From the IMG/VR virus record IMGVR_UViG_3300045988_137032, positions 128,001-192,000 of that record: DNA of 64,000 bases. The stretch is one strand, 5' to 3'. A program made the translations under genes and the position numbers. The notes under the pieces were generated by a model that was not told the DNA's origin, did no database searches, and saw nothing but the letters and a program-made list of their open reading frames with translations. Each line of letters opens with the position of its first letter. The first letter of the stretch is position 1. Shown in pieces: positions 55,621 through 64,000 of the stretch. The stretch is from a virus.

Positions 55621-57114
55621 ATGAGTAATTTCAATAATCAAAAATCAATTCGTGTGTATCATACACACATTGAAGTTTCTCCTTATAAGAAAGGAGAAAT
55701 CTTTAGTATCGAAAAGAATTTCAGTGTCTGGAATAAAGTCGCTCATCGATATGATTCCGGAGTTTATCTGATCATGGACGATACTTTGTATTTACCCAGA
55801 GGAATGAATATCATGACTCTGGAGACTATCTTCAACACAAAGGCTACCATGGTTTATGACCACGATCCTTTTACGAGATTTAATCCTGTAGAAATGACCG
55901 TAGAACCAAGAGATGATTTGCAGAAAGATTGCATTGACTTTCTTGCTGCAAGAAATAAATATACATCAGTTGGTGGATATAGTCAGCAAGCACTTATCTT
56001 ACAGACAGGGTTTGGTAAAACCTACTGCATGGTAAATGCAATTGTGTCAATGAGAGTAAGAGCTCTTATTGTCACAACTCAGGATAAGATTAAGAATCAA
56101 TGGATTAAAACCTTTAAGGAAAAAACAACCATTCCTGAAGAAAATCTCATTGATATCAAAGGTTCCTCTATGATGGATGATATCATAGAAGGAAAACATG
56201 ATAATGGATATGTGTACTTCATCAATCATCAAACTCTTTTGTCCTTTATGAAGAATTACGGCCCTGAAGAATTCCATGAATTCTTCAATGCTCTTCGTAT
56301 CGGCATTAAAGTATACGATGAAGCGCATCTGTGTTTCCGCAATGCATTACTTACTGATTATTTCAGTGACACTGTGCGCACTTATTATCTTACTGCAAAC
56401 TTCACACGTAGTAATGATAAAGAAGCTTATCTCTATAATAAGTGCTTTGCATCTGTCTATAAGTATCATGTGAAAAGTGAACTTGCTGAGACATCCAGTG
56501 CTGCTAGTAGAAAGCATATCCTTTATTATCCTACTACATATCGTTCTAATCCTCCTGCTGTATGGCAGAAGAAATGTGATACGTATAAAGGGTTCAGCTC
56601 TACAATCTTTGCTGCATGGGCATTTGAATATGACCCAAATAAGACTTTGCTTCATGCTATCATGAATCGCTTTGAAGAAGCCAAGAAGCATAAAGGAAAG
56701 ATTCTTATTACAGTACCGAAGATCGATGATATCGAATTGATTCGTAAGGAATTGAAATCTGATCCTAAGATTCTGGATGGCAGAACTGTTGCTACGATTC
56801 ATTCCAGAAACAAAAAAGATGAGAATGAGCGTGCTAAAAAGGAAGCAGATGTCATCATTTCTACGATCCGAAGCTGTGGTACTGGTGTGGACATCAATGG
56901 TTTAAGAACCATTATCAATGCTGAGCCATTTTCATCACAGATTACTGCAAACCAGTTATCTGGTAGATTGCGTGAATTTAGTCCTACTGACGATACGTAT
57001 TTCTACGATTTGATTGATATTGGCTTTGATCCATGCAAAACACAATTAACTCGTAAGCTTACGATTCTTCGTGCTAAATGCAAAGCAGTTTATCCTGAGA
57101 ATTTCGTACTTTAA
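55621..57114 (+). CDS. SF2 (DEAD/DEAH-box) helicase
   Basis: Walker A QTGFGKT, DEAH box VYDEAH, and a late motif CGTGVDINGLRTII. Confidence 0.8.
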   Translation: MSNFNNQKSIRVYHTHIEVSPYKKGEIFSIEKNFSVWNKVAHRYDSGVYLIMDDTLYLPRGMNIMTLETIFNTKATMVYDHDPFTRFNPVEMTVEPRDDLQKDCIDFLAARNKYTSVGGYSQQALILQTGFGKTYCMVNAIVSMRVRALIVTTQDKIKNQWIKTFKEKTTIPEENLIDIKGSSMMDDIIEGKHDNGYVYFINHQTLLSFMKNYGPEEFHEFFNALRIGIKVYDEAHLCFRNALLTDYFSDTVRTYYLTANFTRSNDKEAYLYNKCFASVYKYHVKSELAETSSAASRKHILYYPTTYRSNPPAVWQKKCDTYKGFSSTIFAAWAFEYDPNKTLLHAIMNRFEEAKKHKGKILITVPKIDDIELIRKELKSDPKILDGRTVATIHSRNKKDENERAKKEADVIISTIRSCGTGVDINGLRTIINAEPFSSQITANQLSGRLREFSPTDDTYFYDLIDIGFDPCKTQLTRKLTILRAKCKAVYPENFVL

Positions 57115-57120
57115 CAAAAA

Positions 57121-57163
57121 AAAGAAGGAAGCTACATGATTATACGTAGCTTCCTTCTTTTTA
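57121..57163. terminator. Bidirectional intrinsic terminator
   Basis: AAAGAAGGAAGCTAC ... GTAGCTTCCTTCTTT, with flanking A and T runs. Confidence 0.85.
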
Positions 57164-57164
57164 T

Positions 57165-57500
57165 TTATCTGATTCTCTCAGCAGCAATTGCAACTGCGAC
57201 ATCGTCCCAGTCATCGATGACTGCGTTGTAAACACAGCCAGCCTTGATTGCATCGACCATCCTCTCAGTGGTCTCAGGTTCGTTCTGAACCATCATCTCA
57301 AAGTTCTCAGCTGCATTGTAGGAATAATATCCATCGTCGTAACTCTGAACGAACTTGAAGGTGTTGACCTCAGAAGGAACGGTTGTATTGGGCTCATAAG
57401 TAGACATGGTCACTTCCATAGAGCAACCGACGTCATCGGTAGATGCGTTTGTGCTGAAGACTTCTGTAACGCCATCATGGCGAAAAGAGGCGATTTCCAT
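57165..57500 (-). CDS. Small acidic hypothetical protein
   Basis: 111-aa ORF behind AAAGGAGAAAT. Confidence 0.55.
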   Translation of the reverse strand: MEIASFRHDGVTEVFSTNASTDDVGCSMEVTMSTYEPNTTVPSEVNTFKFVQSYDDGYYSYNAAENFEMMVQNEPETTERMVDAIKAGCVYNAVIDDWDDVAVAIAAERIR

Positions 57501-57512
57501 AATATTTCTCCT

Positions 57513-57902
57513 TTACTTTTTGATCATCGTGATATAGGCAATCACGTTGTGGTCGGTAGGCTCTGCGAACAGAGACTCCTTATAATCGGGGATCACGAAC
57601 GAATAATCCCGCTTGAAGCAGAGGTTCGTAATGAAGCCAGCAGCATTGATCTCTCGTGCTGCAAGGAAAGTGAAGAGGGGCTTATCATCCAATGCAGAGA
57701 GTTCAACCTTCTCACCATTCGGGAACCGGACAGTGCAACGGAAGCGTCGCTCCTGCATATCGCCCAGGCCGTCCTTGTAGATCATCCTGTAGTCTGTGCT
57801 GATTAAACCTCGATAGTCGTGTTCCGCCATGTTAAGGATGAAATAGTCCTTGTTGTCAATCGTAAAGATTCGGCCAATTCCCTGACTGTAATTGAATTCC
57901 AT
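57513..57902 (-). CDS. Hypothetical protein
   Basis: 129-aa ORF behind AAGGAGA. Confidence 0.55.
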   Translation of the reverse strand: MEFNYSQGIGRIFTIDNKDYFILNMAEHDYRGLISTDYRMIYKDGLGDMQERRFRCTVRFPNGEKVELSALDDKPLFTFLAAREINAAGFITNLCFKRDYSFVIPDYKESLFAEPTDHNVIAYITMIKK

Positions 57903-58004
57903 TTTGATTATCTCCTTGTGTCAAATTTATATTCTCACGTTTTCATCTTCTAAGTTGCTTATTTATAGTCCCAACTTACGGACTTGATGTTTTTGATACA
58001 AGCA

Positions 58005-58382
58005 TCAAATCACATCTTTCTTACTGAATACCACAGTAGTCATAGCATCTTCGTCATGCATACGAATTGTGCAACGCTTACCAAGCGTACTATCTTCGTC
58101 GATTGCATAAAGAACGCCAACACCATCGAAAGTCTGCATGACCTTGTAGACAATGTCATCAAGATCATACTCACCAACACTAGGTCCAAATGCATAGACA
58201 GCAAGGTTGGTTTCTTTCTCAGATTCACCATGGACTTTCACGTTTGCTTCACCGTGATAGCAGATAGGATTCAGTGCTTCATCCTCAGTCAGCTTCACAG
58301 TAAGTTCATAAACGCTGGAACCATTCTGGGCAATAATTGTATTGCCTTTTTTGACTACCTTAATACCGTTATCAAACAGCAT
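58005..58382 (-). CDS. Hypothetical protein
   Basis: Track ORF 58005..58412, with the start moved to M11, behind AAAGGAG. Confidence 0.55.
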   Translation of the reverse strand: MLFDNGIKVVKKGNTIIAQNGSSVYELTVKLTEDEALNPICYHGEANVKVHGESEKETNLAVYAFGPSVGEYDLDDIVYKVMQTFDGVGVLYAIDEDSTLGKRCTIRMHDEDAMTTVVFSKKDVI

Positions 58383-58447
58383 TATTTTTAACTCCTTTCT
58401 TTTTATATTCATGAATCATAAAGATATTCTCTATCATTCATCATAAG

Positions 58448-58464
58448 TATAATATATCATTATA
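58448..58464 (+). promoter_or_regulatory. Class 1 17-mer promoter-like element
   Basis: TATAATATATCATTATA, with ATAAAGATATT 19 nt upstream. Confidence 0.6.
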
Positions 58465-58538
58465 TTTTTAAGCTGAATTATCGTGAAAGACATTAGCTTA
58501 AATCAAGTGTATCTTTATGAAATGGAGGTAATAAAATC

Positions 58539-59816
58539 GTGTTTATTTACGAATCAAACTCAAGTAATGAGTTTTATGACGATATGATTGATCCTATGTA
58601 TTTCGCAGAAAAATCGAATATCATCACATATAATATTCGTGATGCAATGTATCCGAAAGTTGAAGCTGTATTAAAAACAGATTCAGGAAAAAGGAAGTTC
58701 ACGAATATCATTGGTAGTTATGTAAGTAGGAATAATGATAAACTGATGACAGCAGGTCCTCAATATCTTATTCCATTCACATATGCTGATAAGGAAGAAT
58801 ACTTCAAGTTATTCAATATCACGGAAGAAGAAGCAACTACCATTATCATTAAGACCACGAATGATGTCAATGATAAAGGTACATGGAAGCTTTTTAAAAA
58901 GAATCCTATCTTCTTCATCTTTTATTGTGCTATTCGGTATGCTACGATTAAGAAAGATGCAAAGCTTTTGAATAGTGCACTGATCGTAATGGCTCTTTCT
59001 ATCTATCCTTCGATGTTCTCGAAGTACTTCAGAAAGAAAGATCCCTATACGGGAAAATCTATCGTATATGAGCCGAATGCTGGCGTCATGCAGTATACGA
59101 TCGATAACCTAAGCAATCGCTTTATCGTTAAGAAGTCAAACCATATCTTTGGTACTCTGACTTATTCCATTCAGTCTTCTTGGAAATTCCATGAGAAGGA
59201 TTTTGCCAATGGTAGTGACCAAGATGCAATCCGCTTTATTCAGCGTATTCGTAATGACCAGAATAGTCTTCTGAAGAAAATTACGAATGCATATCTTACC
59301 AATCAGAGAAAAGGCCTTACTGTCGTTACTCAGGTCGATGCATATGATGATAACATCAATGTGGAAAACATCAATAATACGAATAAGGTTGAAACGCTTA
59401 GCAATAAAATCGTTCTTGCCATGTTGACAAATGGTGTCGATATTCGTATTTGTGATGCTGCGTCTCAGGTAACTCAGATTTCAAAGCTGGATCTTAGAAA
59501 TTACATCACTCTCATTGTGAATGAAAAAGAAAGTGATGCAATGAAATCTGTCATTGAAAGTATTCTCTTCATGTATCTCTATACTGAGAACCATGAACCT
59601 GATCAGATTCGTTCTAAGGAGTTTATTGGATACGCACTCGCAGTATTCAAGAAGACAAACTCTAAAGATCCTAATGTCACAAACATCAAGAAAAATCTTG
59701 ATCGATGGGCAACTAACACCGGTATTTACAGGAAGTTTAGTAGAGCTGCAACTCGTGTTGATTACACAAAGGCAATCTTCTTATACTTCATCATTTCCAT
59801 CCAGCAATATTGCTAA
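58539..59816 (+). CDS. Hypothetical protein
   Basis: 425 aa. GTG start behind GGAGGTAA. Confidence 0.55.
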   Translation: MFIYESNSSNEFYDDMIDPMYFAEKSNIITYNIRDAMYPKVEAVLKTDSGKRKFTNIIGSYVSRNNDKLMTAGPQYLIPFTYADKEEYFKLFNITEEEATTIIIKTTNDVNDKGTWKLFKKNPIFFIFYCAIRYATIKKDAKLLNSALIVMALSIYPSMFSKYFRKKDPYTGKSIVYEPNAGVMQYTIDNLSNRFIVKKSNHIFGTLTYSIQSSWKFHEKDFANGSDQDAIRFIQRIRNDQNSLLKKITNAYLTNQRKGLTVVTQVDAYDDNINVENINNTNKVETLSNKIVLAMLTNGVDIRICDAASQVTQISKLDLRNYITLIVNEKESDAMKSVIESILFMYLYTENHEPDQIRSKEFIGYALAVFKKTNSKDPNVTNIKKNLDRWATNTGIYRKFSRAATRVDYTKAIFLYFIISIQQYC

Positions 59817-59821
59817 TACAA

Positions 59822-59860
59822 AAAAGAAGGAATCCGCAAATGAAACGGATTCCTTCTTTT
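59822..59860. terminator. Bidirectional intrinsic terminator
   Basis: AAAAGAAGGAATCCG ... CGGATTCCTTCTTTT. Confidence 0.85.
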
Positions 59861-59862
59861 AT

Positions 59863-60414
59863 TCAAACACACTTCAGACGATTGAAGTCAATGGAATATT
59901 GGATAAACATGGAACTATTATGGCACCCATAAGGAACAAGAAGATTTTCACCCATAGCAAAATCAAAGAAGTAAAGAAATTCGTACTTATCCTTCATATC
60001 AGATGCGAGAATAGCAGTCCTAAAATCCTTGTATGTACCCTGACACACTTCCCTAGCATGAGGAAAGGTATTAACATCATCAGTATCAAAGAAGATACCG
60101 AAAATGAGTTTGATATCATTTCGAATCTCGAGATTCGTGTCTGTAACTTTCAAGCAAACATCAACGCTGCTACTTTTATAATTTTCACATGGACAAACAC
60201 ATGATTCTCCTGTATAGGCTTCCATAGTCTCAGTTGGCTCGCCATTCTTATTTACCATATACTGAATGATAGCCTCAAGATCACCATCGGAATCATCATA
60301 ATTCATTTCGCTGAAGAAACCACTATCTTTGCCATACTTATGCTGAATCTTAGCCACATATTCAGCATACTTCTCTTCTTCCTGCTTGAGATATTCTGGG
60401 GTTTCATTAAACAT
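59863..60414 (-). CDS. Hypothetical protein
   Basis: Track ORF 59863..60432. The start is probably at M7. Confidence 0.5.
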   Translation of the reverse strand: MFNETPEYLKQEEEKYAEYVAKIQHKYGKDSGFFSEMNYDDSDGDLEAIIQYMVNKNGEPTETMEAYTGESCVCPCENYKSSSVDVCLKVTDTNLEIRNDIKLIFGIFFDTDDVNTFPHAREVCQGTYKDFRTAILASDMKDKYEFLYFFDFAMGENLLVPYGCHNSSMFIQYSIDFNRLKCV

Positions 60415-60490
60415 ATCGCCACATCCTTTCAAAGAAAATGAGATTACGAGTTACCTATAAAATAAAGTAACTCGTAATCTCATTTATTAA

Positions 60491-62392
60491 TTAAGACTCA
60501 ACGTCTTCAGTTACAATTGGAGCTTCCTCCTCAGTAACTTCAGGTTCAGTTGTTTCAGCCGAAGTATCTTCAACTGTCTCAGATGCTACCGTATCAACGG
60601 GAGTATCCTGAGCGGTAACAGTAGCAGCTACCTCGGGCAGAGAAACTGTGACTGCCCATCCAATGTAGCTCTTACCATTAACTTCCTTAACGGAAGCACC
60701 AACAGCCATAGTTGCATCAGGACTGATACTATGAACGGTTTCACCCTGCTCAGAAATGAACTCCTTAGTCTTCTTATAAGCAAGAGAATTCAGAGTATCC
60801 TGAGTTACCTTATATGCAGGACCAATATTAGTATCCGTATCCAGATCAGTTGTGACCGTATAAATCGTCATGGTACATGCGTCAGCATGCTGACCATTTT
60901 CTACAGCTTCAGACCATGCATCGAACTTAGCCTGCTCATCTACTTCAAGAGGAGTAGCATTATTCAAGTTGATGTTACCAGAATAATCTACTGTACCAAG
61001 TACGGTATCAACCATAGAAGACAGGTTGGTATCAATATCCTTATCGGACTCAGCAAATGCCTTTGCAATCAGAGGCTCTGCCTGCTTAGACAGAGGAGGC
61101 TCAACTGTAGGAAGATCAATGATAACTGCCCAACCAATATATACCTTGCCCTTTGTCTCAACAACGCTACCAGCGAATGTAAAGTCAGCATCATCACATG
61201 TATCCAGGATAGTTTCAGTCTGCTCACTGATGAATTCCTTCGTCTTAGTGAACGGCAGAGACTTCACGGTATCTTCAGTAACATTGTATGCCATGCCGAC
61301 ATTCGTATCAAGATCAATATCCTGAGTCAGAGTATAGATAGTGATAGAGCAACCATCAGCATGCTCTTCATTGGAAACGGCTTCGCTCCACTTATTGAAC
61401 TTAGCCATCTCCATGTCCTCAAGTGGCTCAACGATATTCATGTTGAGCTTACCATCAGAAGTAACCTTCTTCAGGTACTGAGTAATCTTGGAAGCCAGCT
61501 CTTCATTATTGGACTTACCAGCTTCTTCAAATGCCTCAGTAAGATTTGCCTTAGCACGATCGATGAGCGGATCCTTCTTCGTCTTAGGCATATGAGGCAG
61601 ACTAATTTTAGCTACCCAGCCAACATACACAGTGCCATTGACTTCAACAACCTGTCCGCCGACTTCAACTGTAGCGTTCGGATGATATTTCTTAGCTTCA
61701 GATGTAATCTTATTGATATAGGCAACGGTCTTATCGTTACAGACGAAGTCAACGATACGATCATGTACCACATACGCCACACCAGCATCCGAAACCAGAT
61801 TGATCGACTGAGTAATGTTATAGTCGTAATAAGTGATAGCCTGAGCTTCTTCACCTTCTGCAACAGCAGAACGCCACTTATTAATCTTATTAATATCCTC
61901 ACGATAGTTAGGAATGGCCAGAGCATAGCTCAGAGTACCGGTGCTATATACATGAGGGATAGCATCTGATACGATCTTACCAAGTTCTGCACTATTGGCA
62001 GTCTTAGCTGCCGTAAAGCCAGCAGCCAATGCTTCCTTAGCACGCTCAAACAAAGACTTTGTAGGAGTCACAGGCTTAGAAGTATCGGGCTTCTTATCAG
62101 GCTTCTGTGACAGCCACTTCTCTTCATTGTCATAAGCTTCACGAGATTTAATGCACATAAAGATACGCACATTATTATCCATATCGTAATAGTTCTTTAC
62201 GATATCATATACCTCGTTTTTATAAATAACGAAAGACTGCATAGCGGAAGTGCCAGTCTTATCAGAAATACCGATTTCCCAATCGTCCGGGAAATCAACC
62301 ATCTCACCACGCATCTTATTGATGGCAACGAGACCATTACCCCACTCGTTATTCAAAGGATCGAGCAGGAGCAATTTCATAGGAACTGCCAT
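60491..62392 (-). CDS. Hypothetical protein with three tandem ~150-aa repeats and an acidic T/E tail
   Basis: Repeats are recognisable by ...KF(N/D)(K/A)WSEAV..(E/Q)HAD.C..TIYT.T.D.D.DTN.G.AY.VT.DT...L...KTKEFISEQ.ET...V.E..GK.YIGWAV...LP. Confidence 0.65.
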   Translation of the reverse strand: MAVPMKLLLLDPLNNEWGNGLVAINKMRGEMVDFPDDWEIGISDKTGTSAMQSFVIYKNEVYDIVKNYYDMDNNVRIFMCIKSREAYDNEEKWLSQKPDKKPDTSKPVTPTKSLFERAKEALAAGFTAAKTANSAELGKIVSDAIPHVYSTGTLSYALAIPNYREDINKINKWRSAVAEGEEAQAITYYDYNITQSINLVSDAGVAYVVHDRIVDFVCNDKTVAYINKITSEAKKYHPNATVEVGGQVVEVNGTVYVGWVAKISLPHMPKTKKDPLIDRAKANLTEAFEEAGKSNNEELASKITQYLKKVTSDGKLNMNIVEPLEDMEMAKFNKWSEAVSNEEHADGCSITIYTLTQDIDLDTNVGMAYNVTEDTVKSLPFTKTKEFISEQTETILDTCDDADFTFAGSVVETKGKVYIGWAVIIDLPTVEPPLSKQAEPLIAKAFAESDKDIDTNLSSMVDTVLGTVDYSGNINLNNATPLEVDEQAKFDAWSEAVENGQHADACTMTIYTVTTDLDTDTNIGPAYKVTQDTLNSLAYKKTKEFISEQGETVHSISPDATMAVGASVKEVNGKSYIGWAVTVSLPEVAATVTAQDTPVDTVASETVEDTSAETTEPEVTEEEAPIVTEDVES

Positions 62393-62430
62393 TTTAATTA
62401 TCTCCTTTCGTATACTTAAGGAACTTAATC

Positions 62431-62466
62431 AATTGTGCTTTGTAATGATATTTACAAAGCACAATT
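62431..62466. repeat. 15-bp-stem hairpin between two minus-strand genes
   Basis: AATTGTGCTTTGTAA tgatat TTACAAAGCACAATT. Confidence 0.7.
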
Positions 62467-62470
62467 TTGA

Positions 62471-62683
62471 TTAACGTAAAAGATGGAGAAGATAATCTCC
62501 AAATAATTTAATGATGTCGATGATAAGGCTAATGTTATTTCGCATTGCACTTCTACGATTTTTTCTAGTCTCATTTGCATCAGTATTTGTCATCATAAGA
62601 AGCCACATGATATATTCAAAATAGCATATGTAAGCTCCAATCGTAATTTGCGCAAGTGTCAAGAAACCATTCTGGCCTTCCAT
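62471..62683 (-). CDS. Small membrane protein
   Basis: 70 aa with ITIGAYICYFEYIMWLLMM. Confidence 0.5.
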   Translation of the reverse strand: MEGQNGFLTLAQITIGAYICYFEYIMWLLMMTNTDANETRKNRRSAMRNNISLIIDIIKLFGDYLLHLLR

Positions 62684-62741
62684 TTAATCACCACCTTAAG
62701 TTTGTAATTTAAATTATTCCAATGTGCTTATTGATAGAAAA

Positions 62742-62778
62742 AATAAGAGCCATCCCGAATGGAAGGATGGCTCTTATT
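62742..62778 (-). terminator. Intrinsic terminator (minus strand)
   Basis: AATAAGAGCCATCC ... GGATGGCTCTTATT, followed by a T6 run on the minus strand. Confidence 0.8.
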
Positions 62779-62782
62779 CGTA

Positions 62783-62914
62783 TTACTTATTCTTCTTGTG
62801 CTTCTTTTTCTTCTTAGGGAAATCAACCTCAGCACGAGTGCCCTTCTTGAGGTTAGACACTTCCCTCGGAAGAACGACGGAAGCTTTTGCGATAAGGATC
62901 TCAAATCCATTCAT
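62783..62914 (-). CDS. Small basic protein (43 aa)
   Basis: Below the track's size cutoff. GAAAGGAGAG is followed 6 nt later by the ATG. Sequence is MNGFEILIAKASVVLPREVSNLKKGTRAEVDFPKKKKKHKKNK. A terminator follows. Confidence 0.5.
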   Translation of the reverse strand: MNGFEILIAKASVVLPREVSNLKKGTRAEVDFPKKKKKHKKNK

Positions 62915-62932
62915 AATAAACTCTCCTTTCTA

Positions 62933-63244
62933 TTACAGGCTCCGAATCTCACGGAGCATATTCTGGTACCGGGGATCACGGGTAGCCAGAGCCATCTCAC
63001 CGAGGATAGCTTCAAAGTCTACCTTCTTGCCATGGGCATAACCATTAAGATCACCCCGAGGAGACTGGACATAAAGTTCAATCTCATCTTTATGCATGGG
63101 GTTAGTTCTGTAGCAGAATCTGCCACCTTCGATAACCCTGGCAAGGCATGTAACATTCCGAGGCATCTTGGTCGGAACCTCGGACATATCATGGACACTA
63201 TCGATGATAGTGTCCGCATTAAATAGTCTTATTGATGTGGTCAT
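62933..63244 (-). CDS. Hypothetical protein
   Basis: 103-aa ORF. Confidence 0.55.
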   Translation of the reverse strand: MTTSIRLFNADTIIDSVHDMSEVPTKMPRNVTCLARVIEGGRFCYRTNPMHKDEIELYVQSPRGDLNGYAHGKKVDFEAILGEMALATRDPRYQNMLREIRSL

Positions 63245-63263
63245 TTCTCTTAATCTCGCTTTC

Positions 63264-64000
63264 TTATTTCACAGGCTTATCCTTGCACCGAATATAAGGT
63301 TCGATGTAGATTACTCTGCCACTTTTGTAATGACGGAAGTGGCCCTTCACCGCATACTGGTGATCGATAGGGCCACGCCGACGATTGATGTTCGTATAGA
63401 TCGGAGACCGCTTCGTCTCATCAATCATGACGTTATCATATTTCTCCGACAGTTCCCGATGATGAATGACCGGCTTCCTAGGCCCATTAGAAGCCGAGTC
63501 ATTCTGATACGCATGGATAGTTCTCCGCCTCATCACACTGAGCAGCATAATGGCAATGAAGTCCATGATCTCTCCGGTTACGATGTCAATAATCTCATTG
63601 CGTGCCATGCCGAGCTTCTCATTCGGTTTCATAGTAGCACGCCTAAAGTATGGGTTATTCAAAAGACCATGCCGAAGACCCTTAATGGTCGTATTCTTTC
63701 CAAGTTCAAATCGGATGATTGTATTATAACAACCTTGAGAAACTTTAAGGACGTCGTCAAACATATAAAGATCAATCAACACCGTATGCTTGTACTGATC
63801 TACAACATAACGAATGATGGTCTCTTTGTTGTTGTAACGGAAGAGACCGTGCTTAACCTTAGACTTCTCAGCGATGTCGTAGATCATACTACCAAGGTCG
63901 ACATTGTAGGAAGGCTTTCCAAGTGTATCACAGAGTACATCAAGCATGCTATCAAACCACATACGAATATACTCGACAGTAGTTTCATTCTCAATAACGA
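63264..64000 (-). CDS. Hypothetical protein (frame stays open to the window end; true start may lie beyond 64000)
   Basis: Track ORF 63264..63962. The 12 codons upstream of that ATG contain no stop. Confidence 0.5.
   Translation of the reverse strand, partial: VIENETTVEYIRMWFDSMLDVLCDTLGKPSYNVDLGSMIYDIAEKSKVKHGLFRYNNKETIIRYVVDQYKHTVLIDLYMFDDVLKVSQGCYNTIIRFELGKNTTIKGLRHGLLNNPYFRRATMKPNEKLGMARNEIIDIVTGEIMDFIAIMLLSVMRRRTIHAYQNDSASNGPRKPVIHHRELSEKYDNVMIDETKRSPIYTNINRRRGPIDHQYAVKGHFRHYKSGRVIYIEPYIRCKDKPVK

Noticed and set aside
1-64000. tRNA genes, CRISPR arrays, integrase, transposase or IS elements, and stop-codon reassignment
   Set aside because: No T-loop or cloverleaf candidates and no spaced direct-repeat arrays were seen by eye. 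No ORF has recombinase or transposase motifs. All long genes are uninterrupted in the standard code, so recoding of TAG or TGA is not indicated.

Overview
The window looks like an internal segment of a large, AT-rich tailed dsDNA phage. It appears to be a contractile-tail myovirus, because sheath-like and tube-like genes sit next to each other. GGAGG-type ribosome-binding sites precede most genes, which suggests a Firmicutes-like host (inference). I saw no tRNA, rRNA, CRISPR array, integrase or transposase, and all long genes read through in the standard code.

Modules in order:
- Two divergent tail-fibre genes (1..1750), followed by a Cys-array protein and a radical SAM/SPASM operon (1757..4905).
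- Three small tandem paralogues (5001..5766).
- A convergent cluster of seven genes (5993..13239). Together with two outlying genes, they share a short N-terminus reminiscent of the T4 capsid-targeting sequence. One member is fused to a GNAT acetyltransferase.
- Hypothetical genes with strong codon bias (13351..16495).
- A nucleotide-metabolism islet with thymidylate synthase, a P-loop protein and DHFR (16883..20991).
- A fibre-tip cassette (22767..24303) containing three tandem paralogues. Each carries a poly-A tract at the same early position, and two of them are out of frame.
- A head region with acidic scaffold-like proteins and a putative major capsid protein (25000..30541), followed by small membrane proteins.
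- A short fibre, an HExxH metalloprotease and a secreted moron-like protein.
- Large terminase (35025..37217), putative sheath and tube (40388..43228), and putative portal (43359..45764).
- A family-B DNA polymerase that stops soon after motif A, so it appears to be split (47365..49194).
- More fibre-like proteins, two LRR-like proteins, an M15A endolysin with a peptidoglycan-binding domain, an SF2 helicase, and hypothetical genes.

Many intrinsic terminators and two classes of conserved promoter-like elements are visible. All functional calls rest on motif recognition by eye and were not checked by any database search.
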